Positions 30,252 through 40,053 of a DNA stretch of 64,000 bases are shown here, one piece after another. The notes beneath the pieces were generated by a model. The model ran no database searches, was not told the DNA's origin, and was given only the letters and a program-made list of their open reading frames with translations. How positions within the stretch are numbered: the stretch's first letter is position 1; each line of letters starts with the position of its first letter. The stretch comes from an uncultured Corynebacterium sp. Its GTDB lineage: Bacteria > Actinomycetota > Actinomycetes > Mycobacteriales > Mycobacteriaceae. The DNA lies in the NCBI RefSeq assembly GCF_947253065.1, contig NZ_CAMXWS010000003.1, forward strand, positions 19,954 to 83,953, written 5' to 3'. The position numbers and the translations under genes were made by a program.

Positions 30252-31318
30252 GTTCCGAACAGTAGGTGCATCGCCCCGTACTGGTGGGTGGTGTTCGGCA
30301 CTGGTTTCCCACGTGGTGAAACCCATATTGGTGTTCCGTGCCGGATACGTATTCGCCCCCGATGTTTTCGCCGTGGGTCATCATCATTGGTGAGGTTGTG
30401 ATACCTGCACAACACCGACAGATTGTTCATATTCGTCTGCCCACCAACCACCCACGGGGTGACATGATGAACCTGACAATGATCCGCAGCATGCCGACAC
30501 CCTGGCACCGGACACGTCGTTAGCGTCGCACGAGCCAAATCACGCTGCTTAGCGTTGGCACAACGCTTCGTGTCATACAAATTCACCGGACCCGCCTGCG
30601 GGTGGAACAAACCAACCTCTAAATCCTTGCCGTAATGCTCCGTCAAAAACTCCGCACCCGTCATCGTCGTACCATCAGATAAACCCAAGATGGTCTCATC
30701 ACCATCACCCGCCAGAATCTTGAAGTACTCCGGCACCGGAACCACCACCAACGGACGCGGTGCGGCCGCAGCCACACCACCACCATCACGCAACAAATCC
30801 GCAAAAGCCTCGTACATTTGCGGGGCATCCGGCCGATCCGGATTAAGCCCCCGGCGCAAGGTGTGCTCTAATGCGGCGATCAGGTGTTCATCACCCGTGG
30901 CAGAAAAAGTCCGCTTGCCTTTACAGGACTTACCAAACCGCACCTTCGATTCCGGGGCAGGTTTATCAACCTCAGGGACGATGTCTTTAGCGCGGCGCTG
31001 CAATGTTTTAAAGTCCCCGCGCACAGACAGCAACGCCAGGCGGATCTTCCACTTCTCACCCTCCGCCGCCAAAGCGGAGACGTGTTGTTCGATGAACAGA
31101 ATCTGATCCAACGACTTGCCCGTCGAACGGGCCACACGCACCGCATTGGCCTGCTGACGCCGAAACCGCGTCGTACCGAAATAGACCTTATGGGCACGCT
31201 CCCAGGCCTGGTAGGTGGCAGGTTTGACGCCAGCAGCACAAGCAGCCTGACGATCAAACCCCGCCAGGATATCCATCGGGCTCGCAAGAGAGCCCAAAAA
31301 CGCGTCAAAAACTGTCAT
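30248..31318 (-). CDS. DUF222-domain HNH endonuclease (13E12-repeat-like family)
   Basis: C-terminal HNH motif CPVPGCRHAADHCQVHHV...N. N-terminal DUF222-like region. Start taken at MTVFDAF (31318). Confidence 0.7.
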   Translation of the reverse strand: MTVFDAFLGSLASPMDILAGFDRQAACAAGVKPATYQAWERAHKVYFGTTRFRRQQANAVRVARSTGKSLDQILFIEQHVSALAAEGEKWKIRLALLSVRGDFKTLQRRAKDIVPEVDKPAPESKVRFGKSCKGKRTFSATGDEHLIAALEHTLRRGLNPDRPDAPQMYEAFADLLRDGGGVAAAAPRPLVVVPVPEYFKILAGDGDETILGLSDGTTMTGAEFLTEHYGKDLEVGLFHPQAGPVNLYDTKRCANAKQRDLARATLTTCPVPGCRHAADHCQVHHVTPWVVGGQTNMNNLSVLCRYHNLTNDDDPRRKHRGRIRIRHGTPIWVSPRGKPVPNTTHQYGAMHLLFGT

Positions 31319-31370
31319 GCCCCAAACGCTAAACGCACAACGGGGACAAAAACAGCGCACGCAACCCAGG

Positions 31371-31397
31371 CTGTGGATAACCAAAAGTTATCCACAG
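31371..31397. promoter_or_regulatory. perfect 11-bp inverted repeat containing the DnaA-box word TTATCCACA
   Basis: CTGTGGATAAC-caaaa-GTTATCCACAG lies 53-79 bp upstream of the DUF222-HNH start and just past the odhA terminator. Confidence 0.35.
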
Positions 31398-31403
31398 CAG
31401 CAA

Positions 31404-31440
31404 AACACCCCGCCGCACGCCGGGAAGGCGGGGCGGGGTG
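31404..31440 (-). terminator. rho-independent terminator of odhA
   Basis: GC-rich hairpin CCCCGCC...GGCGGGG immediately after the odhA stop on the minus-strand transcript, followed by UGUUUUG. Confidence 0.55.
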
Positions 31441-31451
31441 GAAGGGGAGGG

Positions 31452-34400
31452 TTAGGCGAATGCTTCGTCGATAAGCGCCTTCTCTTCTTGCTGGTGGATC
31501 TTGCTCACGCCGGTCGCTGTGGTGGACTGTGCGCGGCGGGAGATGCGACGCATCGGCGGGAGGTCATCCACGAGGTTAGCCAGGTGCTCGTTGTAGAACG
31601 GCCACGGACCCTGGTTGGCGGGCTCGTCCTGAACGAAGCGGACTTCCTTGGCATTCGGGTAGTTGGCGAATGCCTTGTTGAGTCGGTTGAACGGGATCGG
31701 GTGGAGCATCTCGATACGGATGATGGCCACGTCGTCGCGTCCGTCCTTCTGGCGGCGCTTCTCCAGGTCGTAGTAGATCTTGCCGGAGCACAGCATGATC
31801 GTGGTGACCTTGTCGGCGTCGCCGATGACGTTGTTCTTCGCATCGACGATATTCGGGTCGTCGATGACGGAACGGAAGGACTTGGTCTCGATGAACTCTT
31901 CCGGCTGGGAGACTGCGGCCTTGTTGCGCAGCATCGACTTCGGGGTGAAGACGACGAGTGGGCGGCGCATATCGCCAAGCGCTTGACGACGCAGCAAGTG
32001 GAAGTGGTTAGCCGGCGTCGTCGGCTGCGCGATGGTCATGGAACCCTCGGCAACGAGCTGCAGGAAGCGCTCGATGCGTGCCGACGAGTGGTCCGGTCCC
32101 TGACCCTCGTAACCATGCGGCAGAAGCATGATCAGGCTGGACAGCTGACCCCACTTGGTCTCACCGGAGGAGACGTATTCGTCGATGATGGTCTGGGCAC
32201 CGTTGGCGAAGTCGCCGAATTGTGCTTCCCATGCGACGAGTGCGTTCGGGTTACCCACGGTGTAGCCGTACTCGAAGCCGAGTCCACCGAACTCGGTGAG
32301 TGCCGAGTTGTAGATGGTGAAGCGGCCGCCGTTGCCGGCCTCGATGGCGTTGGCGTCGAGCGGGTTGTACTGCTCACCGGTGTTCGGGTCGAACAGGACG
32401 CCGTGGCGCTGGGTGAAGGTACCGCGCTTGGAGTCCTCGCCGGCGAGGCGGACGAGCTTGCCTTCCGCAGCGAGGGAGCCGAAGGCGAGGAGTTCGCCCC
32501 ATGCCCAGTCGACGTTGCCGTTGTCGAAGGATCCACCACGGGACTTCAGGACGGACTTGAGGCGCTTGTTCGGGGTGAAGTCGCCTGGCAGCTCAGCGTA
32601 TGTGTTAGCAAGCTGCTTGAACATGTCCGCGTTGATAGAGGTGTCCAGGCCGCGGGTGAGCGACTGGGATTCGGTGATGCCGTGCTGGGAAGCGGGGGAG
32701 CCGCCGCCTTCCTTGACGTCGGTGAACACGGAGTCCAGCTGGTCGTGGAAGTCCTGTGCCGCGATCTCGGCTTCTTCCTTGGTGATGTCGCCACGGCCAA
32801 TGAGGTCATTGGTGTAGCGGGTACGCACGGACGGGTGCGAGTTGATGCGCTCGTACATCTGCGGCTGGGTCACCGACGGGTCGTCGGCCTCGTTGTGGCC
32901 GCGGAGGCGGTAGCAGATGAGGTCGATGAAGACGTCCTTGCCGAATTCGCGGCGGTACTCGGTGGCCAGCTGGCCAACCCATGCTGCGGCTTCGGGGTCG
33001 TCGCCGTTGACGTGGAAGACCGGGCAGTCGAAGCCCTTGGCCAGGTCGGTGGCGTAGTAGGTGGAACGGCCCTGGTCCGGGGTGGTGGTGAAGCCGACCT
33101 GGTTGTTCACCACGATGTGGACGGTGCCGCCGACGTCGTAGCCGGCCAGCTTGGACATGTTCAGGGTCTCCTGAACGACGCCGAGGCCGGCGAAGGACGC
33201 GTCGCCGTGCAGCATCATCGGGACGACGGAGCGCTCGTTGACGTTCTTGTCGCGGTTCAGGATGTCCTGCTTGGCGCGGGCGATGCCGACCATGACTGGG
33301 TCGACTGCTTCCAGGTGGGACGGGTTGGCAGCGAGGGTGACCTTGATGTCGCCGTCGCCGAACATCTGGATGTGCTCGCCTTCGAAGCCAAGGTGGTACT
33401 TGACGTCACCGGAGCCGCCCTGCTGGGCGGGCTGCAGGTTGCCTTCGAATTCGCCGAAGATGGTCTTGACTGGCTTGCCGACGATGTTGAACAGCACGTT
33501 CAGGCGTCCACGGTGCGGCATACCGATGACGACCTCGTCGAGGCCCTGGCCGGCAGCAGTGTCGATGACGGCATCCATGAGCGGAATCAGGGTCTCGGCG
33601 CCCTCGAGGGAGAATCGCTTCTGGCCGAGGTACTTGGTCTGCAGGAAGTTCTCGAATGCTTCTGCGGCATTGAGTTTCTGCAGGATGTACTTCTGCTCGG
33701 CGCTGGTCGGCTTGGGCATGCCCACCTCGATGCGGTCGCGCAGCCATTCGCGCTCGTCGCGGTCGAGGACGTGGGTGTATTCAGCTCCGACGTGGAGGGT
33801 GTATGCGGCGCGGAGGCGGGTGAGCACCTCACGCAGCGTCATGGTTTCCTTGCCACCGAAGCCGCCGACGTTGAAGGTGCGGTCGAGGTCCCACAGGGTC
33901 AGGCCGTGGGTTTCTAGCAGGAGGTCGCGGGAGTCCGGCTTTGGCAGGCCGGGCTGGCGCCACTGCAGCGGGTTGGTATCAGCCATGAGGTGTCCGCGGG
34001 AGCGGTATGCCTCGATCAGGTTCATCACGCGGGTGTTCTTGTCCACACCGTGGTTCGGGATGTCCTGTGCCCAACGCATTGGTGCGTAGGGGATCTGCAT
34101 GGCGTCGTAGATTTCGTCCCAGAACTTGTCGTCGTTAAGCAGCTGGGAGATGTCGCGCAGGAACTCGCCGGACTCTGCGCCCTGGATGACGCGGTGGTCG
34201 TAGGTGGAGGTCAGTGTGGTCAGCTTGCCCACACCGAGTTCTGCGAGACGGTCTTCGGATGCTCCGGCGAATTCTGCCGGGTAGTCCATGGCGCCGACAC
34301 CGACGATGGTGCCCTGGCCCTTGGTCAGACGCGGAATGGAGTGGCGGGTGCCAATGCCACCCGGGTTGGTCAGCTGGATGGTGACGCCCTGGAAGTCGTC

Positions 34401-35207
34401 GATCTTCAGCTTGTTCTGGCGGGCGCGGGCAACGATGTCCTCGTATGCCTTGACGAATTCGTCGAAGGTGAGGGTTTCGCATTCCTTGATGGCTGCGACG
34501 ACGAGGGCGCGGGTGCCGTCCTTCTGCGGAAGGTCGATGGCCAGGCCGAGGTTGATGTGCTCAGGCGTGACGACGAAAGGCTTGCCGTCCTCCACCTTGT
34601 AGTTCACGTTCATGCCCGGGTGAAGCAGGGCAGACTTGACGATTGCCCAGCCGATGATGTGGGTGAACGAGATCTTGCCACCGCGAGTGCGCTTCAGGTG
34701 ATCATTGATCTGCGCGCGGTTTTCGAACATGAGCTTGACCGGCATATCGCGCACGGTCGTTGCCGTCGGGACGGTCAGGGACTCGTCCATGTTCTTGGCA
34801 ATGGCCTTGAAGGTGCCCTTCAGCTGCTTCTCGCCAGCTTCTGGCAGTGGCTGCAGGCGTTCCATCGGGGACTGCTTGGCCTTCTTCTTACCGGCCTGCT
34901 TTGCGGACGGGTGCGGCACGTCCTTGACGGCTGCGTCCACGCGGGTGGCGCGTCCGTCCTGGCTGGGCGCACCGGTGCTTTCAGCGACCTTGGTTGCTGT
35001 GCGGGACTGGTGCTGTTGGGTGTCGCGCACCGAAGCCTGCTTTGTGGCGGGGGAGACGAGCGGGGTGGTTTGGCTTGCGCCACTGTGCCCCTGTTTGTCG
35101 AACATCTCGCGCCACTCTTCGTCGACGGAGGAGGGGTCCTCCTTGTACTGCTGGAACATCTCATCAACCAGCCAGTCGTTTTGGCCGAATGTGCTCTCGC
35201 TGCTCAC
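31452..35207 (-). CDS. odhA: 2-oxoglutarate dehydrogenase E1 component fused to an E2 succinyltransferase domain (corynebacterial OdhA type)
   Basis: 1251 aa. The N-terminal E2-like catalytic region (DHRV...G motif context) is followed by a TPP-dependent E1 domain. The length and architecture match the OdhA/Kgd of Corynebacterineae. Confidence 0.95.
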   Translation of the reverse strand: MSSESTFGQNDWLVDEMFQQYKEDPSSVDEEWREMFDKQGHSGASQTTPLVSPATKQASVRDTQQHQSRTATKVAESTGAPSQDGRATRVDAAVKDVPHPSAKQAGKKKAKQSPMERLQPLPEAGEKQLKGTFKAIAKNMDESLTVPTATTVRDMPVKLMFENRAQINDHLKRTRGGKISFTHIIGWAIVKSALLHPGMNVNYKVEDGKPFVVTPEHINLGLAIDLPQKDGTRALVVAAIKECETLTFDEFVKAYEDIVARARQNKLKIDDFQGVTIQLTNPGGIGTRHSIPRLTKGQGTIVGVGAMDYPAEFAGASEDRLAELGVGKLTTLTSTYDHRVIQGAESGEFLRDISQLLNDDKFWDEIYDAMQIPYAPMRWAQDIPNHGVDKNTRVMNLIEAYRSRGHLMADTNPLQWRQPGLPKPDSRDLLLETHGLTLWDLDRTFNVGGFGGKETMTLREVLTRLRAAYTLHVGAEYTHVLDRDEREWLRDRIEVGMPKPTSAEQKYILQKLNAAEAFENFLQTKYLGQKRFSLEGAETLIPLMDAVIDTAAGQGLDEVVIGMPHRGRLNVLFNIVGKPVKTIFGEFEGNLQPAQQGGSGDVKYHLGFEGEHIQMFGDGDIKVTLAANPSHLEAVDPVMVGIARAKQDILNRDKNVNERSVVPMMLHGDASFAGLGVVQETLNMSKLAGYDVGGTVHIVVNNQVGFTTTPDQGRSTYYATDLAKGFDCPVFHVNGDDPEAAAWVGQLATEYRREFGKDVFIDLICYRLRGHNEADDPSVTQPQMYERINSHPSVRTRYTNDLIGRGDITKEEAEIAAQDFHDQLDSVFTDVKEGGGSPASQHGITESQSLTRGLDTSINADMFKQLANTYAELPGDFTPNKRLKSVLKSRGGSFDNGNVDWAWGELLAFGSLAAEGKLVRLAGEDSKRGTFTQRHGVLFDPNTGEQYNPLDANAIEAGNGGRFTIYNSALTEFGGLGFEYGYTVGNPNALVAWEAQFGDFANGAQTIIDEYVSSGETKWGQLSSLIMLLPHGYEGQGPDHSSARIERFLQLVAEGSMTIAQPTTPANHFHLLRRQALGDMRRPLVVFTPKSMLRNKAAVSQPEEFIETKSFRSVIDDPNIVDAKNNVIGDADKVTTIMLCSGKIYYDLEKRRQKDGRDDVAIIRIEMLHPIPFNRLNKAFANYPNAKEVRFVQDEPANQGPWPFYNEHLANLVDDLPPMRRISRRAQSTTATGVSKIHQQEEKALIDEAFA
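31466..31476 (-). repeat. 11-mer copy (reverse orientation)
   Basis: The coding strand of odhA reads A-L-I-D-E at the extreme C-terminus. Confidence 0.9.
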
Positions 35208-35272
35208 GGCAGGTACTCGCCTCGTTTCTTCGTTCTACGTCTGCTTTTGATTGCTTTATTGATCAGTATCAA

Positions 35273-38200
35273 TCAATGGCTAACAGCCCACAATACTGCA
35301 TAATTCCCGCCCTGCTTGAGCAGGTCGGTGTGGGGTCCGTCCTCAATGATACGTCCTTGGTCGATGACGAGTACTCGATCGGCCCGTGCGGCGGTGGCGA
35401 GTCGGTGCGCGACGATGATGGATGTGCGTCCTTTGGTGGTCTGTGCAGAGGCGTCGAGGACGGCGCGTTCGGTCGCGGGATCTAGGGTGGCGGTGGCTTC
35501 GTCGAGAAGCACGACGTCGGGGTGGAGCATTTCGGCGCGGGCGAGCGCGATGATTTGGCGTTGGCCGGAGCTTAAGCCGCGGCCGCGTTCGCCGATGCGG
35601 TGGTTGAACCCGCCGGGGATGGCGGCGATGATTCCGAGCGCGCCGATGCGACGGACGGCGTCTTCGATGTCGGTTTCGGTGGCGTCGGGTGCGCCGTAGG
35701 CGATGTTTTCTGCGACGGTGCCGGGGAAGAGGTAGGACTCTTGCGGCACTTGCGCGAGTGCGCGGCGCCAGGCAGGCAACGGGAATTCGCGCACGTTTGT
35801 GTCGCTTGCGGTCACTTCGCCGCTTAACGGATCGTAGAAACGAGCAAGCAGCTTGACGACGGTCGACTTGCCCGCCCCCGTCGACCCCACCAGTGCGACG
35901 GTCTCGCCGGGCTGGAAGGTGACGGTGAGGTCGGACAGCGTGACGGGAGAAGTGCTGGTGGGATCGGCTGTAGCCTCGTCAATTTGAGGGTGTGCGCCAT
36001 AGGAGAAGGTGACGTTATTGAAGGCAAGTTCGCCGCGGGCTGCGTCTGCGGCGTCGGGCGTGGTGCCGGTGTCGGGGACGGTGGTTTCTTCGCTAAGAAG
36101 CTCGCGGATGCGGTCGAAGCTTACGGTGGCTTGCTGCCAGGAGTCGAAGATTTGGCCGAGCTGTTGGATGGGGCCGTAGAGCTGGCTCAAGTACATGGTG
36201 AAGGCGACGAGAACACCGACAGATAGGGTTCCGTCGGCAATGCGGGTGGCGCCGATGCCGATGATGATGGCGCTCATGATCTGGGAGATCATTTGCATGC
36301 CGTTGAAGTAGGTGGCGACGAGGAGTTGGGAGCGCATGCGGAGGCGTCGATAAGCGTTGCTTTCGGCGGCGAAGTGGACTTCGGCAGAGGGCTCCATGCG
36401 GTGCATTTGGCTGATGCGGATGCCGCCGATGAGTTCGGCGAATTCACCGTTGACCGCGGAGATTTGGGCGCGGGATTCAGCGTGGAAACGTTTGGAATAG
36501 TGGCGGAAAACGATGGTGATGGCCGCGATGACCGGCACGGCGTAGAGCGCGATGAGCGCGAGTGAGCCGTCGGTGGCAACCAGCATCGCGGCAACGCCGA
36601 TGAGTGTGCCGACAGACACGATGGCTTGGGCGAGCCCCGTCTGTAGGAAGCTGGACAGGGTGTCGATGTTGGTGGTCATCCGTGTCATGATCCGACCCGA
36701 CAGGTGCGATTCGAAATAGCTCATACCCAGGTGCTGGAGGTGGGCATAGCTGCGCACGCGCAGGCCGTAGAGGAGGCGCTCGCCGGAGCGCGCGGAGAGC
36801 ACAGTCATTGCTGCGCTGGCGAGCCACGCGATGAGCACGACGGCGAGTGCGGCGGCGGCGACGAGCCACAGGGTGCGGGCATCGCCAGCTTGAATGCCCT
36901 TATCCACGGCCGTGCGCACCAAGGTGGGGAAACTTAAGTCCGCGAGCACGCCAACGATAAGCAGTCCAGTGACAGCCGCGATGAGCCATTTCACGGACCC
37001 GAACATTGCGCGCAGACCAGCGGGGATCGTGCCGGTCGGTTCTTCATCGGCGGGTGGGAGGTGGGCAAGGCGTTCCCGGAGTTCAGGGGTGGCGGTGACC
37101 ACGTGGGCTCCACGTCCGCCACCGCCGCCTCCGCCAGAGGGGCTCAGAACATGCTCGTGGGGTGCGTCATCTGCAATCTCGGGCCAAAGATCGACGTGAC
37201 TTGGCTCAGTCACAGCAGCTGACGAAGTGGCGTCATCGGGGACCATGAGCGCGGTGTAGGAGGGGTGGGTGAGGGTGTGGGCAAGGGGTGCGTCGATAAG
37301 CGTTGTGCCCTGATCGACGATGATGACGCGTTCGGCGTGCTCGACGGTGGATTGGCGGTGTGCGACCGCGATGATGGTCACTCCGGGGAGGTTGTCGCGC
37401 AGGTTGGCCAGGATGTCGGCTTCGGTGGCGGCGTCGATGGCGGAGGTCGCGTCGTCGAGGATGAGCACGCGCGGGCGGGCGAGAAGCGCGCGGGCAAGGG
37501 CGATGCGTTGGCGTTGGCCACCGGAGAGCGTGAGGCCGCGTTCGCCGACGACGGTGTCGTAGCCATCGGGCAATTGGGTGATGAATTCATTGGCGCATGC
37601 CATGCGTGCGGCGTGTGTGACCTCGGCGTCGGTGACATCGGCGCCCATGGCGATGTTGTCGCGGATGGACAGTGAGAAGAGGAATGCTTCGTCGAAAACG
37701 CACGTGACGGCGCTGCGGAGTTCGCGGTGCGTGAGTTCGTCGTACGGGATCTCCCCGTCGGGCGTGATAACCGCGAGGTGTCCACGCTCGGGCGAGTAGA
37801 ACCCGCCGGCGAGTTGCACGGCCATTGATTTGCCGCTGCCGGCGGGCCCCACGACGGCGACTTGTTCGCCCGGCGCGACGGTGAGGTTGAAGCCATCGAG
37901 GACGCGGCGACCGTCGGTGCTGAATGTGACGTCGTTGAACGCGATGCCCACCGGTCCGTCGGGGATCGTGCGCGTCTGCGCGGGATCGGGATGTTCGGGC
38001 GCGAGCTGCAGGACTTCGTCGAGGCGATCGACGCCGCTCATGCCCATTTGAAGCGTCACGTACGTATTCGCCAGCATGGAGATCAGCGAGGTCAGCGACG
38101 TGAGGTACGCGGTGAATGCGACGAAGCCGCCGACCGTCATGCCGCCGCCGAGTGCGATGAGGCCGCCCGCGACGATGGTGACAACAAGCGCGAGGTTGGG

Positions 38201-38866
38201 TAGTTGGCTTAGTGCGGGCTGGAATCGTGCGGTGAGCTTGGCCGCGCGCATTTTCACGGCGTACAGGTGGCGCGCGAGCCCATCGAGCTTTTCTACTTCG
38301 TGGTCTTCGCGGCCGAAGGCTTTGACCACGCGCACACCGGATACGGTTTGCTCGACGTGGCTGGTCAGATCAGCAGCGGATTGCTGATTCGCCCACGTGG
38401 CGGCATATAAGGATCTGCGCGAACGTCCGGCCACCCACACGATGACGGGCAAGAATGCCAGCGCCATTACGGTCAGCGGGAGGTCTACCCACGCCATGAC
38501 AGCGACGGTGAGAATCAGCTGTACCAGCCGTGAAAACGCCATCGGGCTCATCGCGAGAACAGAGAAGAGCTGGCCTAAGTCCGTGATCGAGCGCGAGACG
38601 ATCTGCCCGGTGACGATTTGGTCTTGGCCTGGCCCGTCGAGGCGGTGCAGCGTTTTGAGCAGTTCGACGCGCACGTAGTGCTGCGAGCGGGTGGCCAAGT
38701 TGCCAGCGGCCCAGCGGCGCAGGACCTGGAATGCGAATTGCGCGACAGCGATACCGGCCATGGCCCACGCGATCCGGGTGGCGGAACCCTCGCGTGCGCC
38801 GGTGGCGACGTCGATGGCCGTGCCTGTCAATCCAGGCACAGTGGTTTGCAGCACTGCCGCAAGCAC
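35273..38866 (-). CDS. fused ABC exporter (two TMD-NBD half-transporters in one polypeptide)
   Basis: 1197 aa with two Walker A motifs (GPAGSGKS, GSTGAGKST), two LSGGQ signatures and two six-helix TMDs joined by a Gly-rich linker (SPSGGGGGGGRGAH). Confidence 0.85.
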   Translation of the reverse strand: MLAAVLQTTVPGLTGTAIDVATGAREGSATRIAWAMAGIAVAQFAFQVLRRWAAGNLATRSQHYVRVELLKTLHRLDGPGQDQIVTGQIVSRSITDLGQLFSVLAMSPMAFSRLVQLILTVAVMAWVDLPLTVMALAFLPVIVWVAGRSRRSLYAATWANQQSAADLTSHVEQTVSGVRVVKAFGREDHEVEKLDGLARHLYAVKMRAAKLTARFQPALSQLPNLALVVTIVAGGLIALGGGMTVGGFVAFTAYLTSLTSLISMLANTYVTLQMGMSGVDRLDEVLQLAPEHPDPAQTRTIPDGPVGIAFNDVTFSTDGRRVLDGFNLTVAPGEQVAVVGPAGSGKSMAVQLAGGFYSPERGHLAVITPDGEIPYDELTHRELRSAVTCVFDEAFLFSLSIRDNIAMGADVTDAEVTHAARMACANEFITQLPDGYDTVVGERGLTLSGGQRQRIALARALLARPRVLILDDATSAIDAATEADILANLRDNLPGVTIIAVAHRQSTVEHAERVIIVDQGTTLIDAPLAHTLTHPSYTALMVPDDATSSAAVTEPSHVDLWPEIADDAPHEHVLSPSGGGGGGGRGAHVVTATPELRERLAHLPPADEEPTGTIPAGLRAMFGSVKWLIAAVTGLLIVGVLADLSFPTLVRTAVDKGIQAGDARTLWLVAAAALAVVLIAWLASAAMTVLSARSGERLLYGLRVRSYAHLQHLGMSYFESHLSGRIMTRMTTNIDTLSSFLQTGLAQAIVSVGTLIGVAAMLVATDGSLALIALYAVPVIAAITIVFRHYSKRFHAESRAQISAVNGEFAELIGGIRISQMHRMEPSAEVHFAAESNAYRRLRMRSQLLVATYFNGMQMISQIMSAIIIGIGATRIADGTLSVGVLVAFTMYLSQLYGPIQQLGQIFDSWQQATVSFDRIRELLSEETTVPDTGTTPDAADAARGELAFNNVTFSYGAHPQIDEATADPTSTSPVTLSDLTVTFQPGETVALVGSTGAGKSTVVKLLARFYDPLSGEVTASDTNVREFPLPAWRRALAQVPQESYLFPGTVAENIAYGAPDATETDIEDAVRRIGALGIIAAIPGGFNHRIGERGRGLSSGQRQIIALARAEMLHPDVVLLDEATATLDPATERAVLDASAQTTKGRTSIIVAHRLATAARADRVLVIDQGRIIEDGPHTDLLKQGGNYAVLWAVSH
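36345..36355 (-). repeat. 11-mer copy (reverse orientation)
   Basis: The coding strand of the ABC exporter reads N-A-Y-R-R (GCT TAT CGA CGC), which uses rare codons. Confidence 0.9.
37291..37301 (-). repeat. 11-mer copy (reverse orientation)
   Basis: The coding strand of the ABC exporter reads T-L-I-D-A. Confidence 0.9.
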
Positions 38867-38937
38867 AGCGGTGACCAGCGTGAGTGCCGCAAACCCAGGG
38901 TTTGCTTTCAGCGACCGGGTAATTAAATGCCCACGCA

Positions 38938-38948
38938 GCTTATCGACG
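38938..38948 (+). repeat. 11-mer GCTTATCGACG copy (intergenic)
   Basis: Exact match, 72 bp upstream of the ABC exporter start. Confidence 0.9.
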
Positions 38949-38989
38949 ATCGCCCCTTCACTTCCTTCATTTTGCCCGTAAGAGTCCTG

Positions 38990-39946
38990 CTATTTTTCGG
39001 CTTTCGCGTCGATGGCTGCCGCGGCTGCTGCTTCGGCTGCGTCGGCATCATCATCGCCGGCGTTGTCATTGTCATTGTCACGGTCGCGGAAACGGCTGAA
39101 CACGTCCAGGACAGCCTTGACACGGGACTTCTTGTTCTTTTCAGCCTTGTCGATTTCTTCTTCAGCTTCGGACTTAGCGGGCAGCTCATTAGCGAATTCA
39201 ACGGGCGGCTGGCCAAGGTTGGGGTCAACTCCTTCGATGACCTTCTTTGCTAGTGCGCGGTTAGCCATCGTGCCGGCGACTGCACCGATACCAAGCGGCA
39301 TGAGCTTGCCGATCCACATGCGACGAAGACGGCTCTTCAGCGACTTCATCAATGAGCGAGTGAGAAGACTGTTCGCCTGGTTCAGCGTGGGGCCGGAGAA
39401 TTTCGACAGCATCTTTACCGACGGAACGGACTGGGCATTGGGGCCCACGAGGGTGTCCACGATCGCAGCGCCCTGTGCGCCAGAGAGCACCATCAAAACG
39501 ATTGCACGACGACGCTCCGCATCAGAAATATCTACACCACGCAGGTAGGCCGAGCCGACGGTGTACACCGCTGCCAGGTCGACGAAGACGAGCGATTCGC
39601 CCGCGATTGCAGCAGCACCCGTGACAAAACCGATACCCGGAATCGCGGCAGCGCCGCCCGCGCCAGCACCGGTGCCGGATGCTGCATAGAGGAAGTGCTT
39701 ATCCATGATCGCCTGAATCTCAGCTGGCGAGGCCTCCGGATTCGAGCGACGCAAATGGTCGACATACGCGCGGATCACGCCGGACTGTAGACGAACGGCG
39801 CGGTCGAGGCCGGTGATGAAGGACCGTCCCAAAAGGGATGCGTTTTGCTCAATGAGCTGTGCATCTGCCGTTTCGGTAGTCATTGCGGGCTGGTTCTTCT
39901 TATCTTTTTTGAACAGGGCCATGGTGGGTCCTCCTTTAAAAGCCAA
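38990..39946 (-). CDS. hypothetical protein with an Ala/Gly-rich core and a K/E/D-rich C-terminus
   Basis: ORF only. Met9 (39922) is an alternative start. Confidence 0.4.
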   Translation of the reverse strand: MAFKGGPTMALFKKDKKNQPAMTTETADAQLIEQNASLLGRSFITGLDRAVRLQSGVIRAYVDHLRRSNPEASPAEIQAIMDKHFLYAASGTGAGAGGAAAIPGIGFVTGAAAIAGESLVFVDLAAVYTVGSAYLRGVDISDAERRRAIVLMVLSGAQGAAIVDTLVGPNAQSVPSVKMLSKFSGPTLNQANSLLTRSLMKSLKSRLRRMWIGKLMPLGIGAVAGTMANRALAKKVIEGVDPNLGQPPVEFANELPAKSEAEEEIDKAEKNKKSRVKAVLDVFSRFRDRDNDNDNAGDDDADAAEAAAAAAIDAKAEK

Positions 39947-40053
39947 TGCGTACCAACTTATAGGAAGAGCTCCATTGCCCGTCGTACGCGTGAACGAGCT
40001 CGGGTGCGGAACACGCAGGTTCTTTTACGGTGGCGTGGCTAAAGTGGCAGGGC

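Noticed and set aside
36289-36594. 101-aa ORF containing LID in an alternate frame around motif copy 36345-36355
   Set aside because: It lies wholly inside the ABC exporter gene on the same strand in another frame. The motif is read as AYRR by the real gene.
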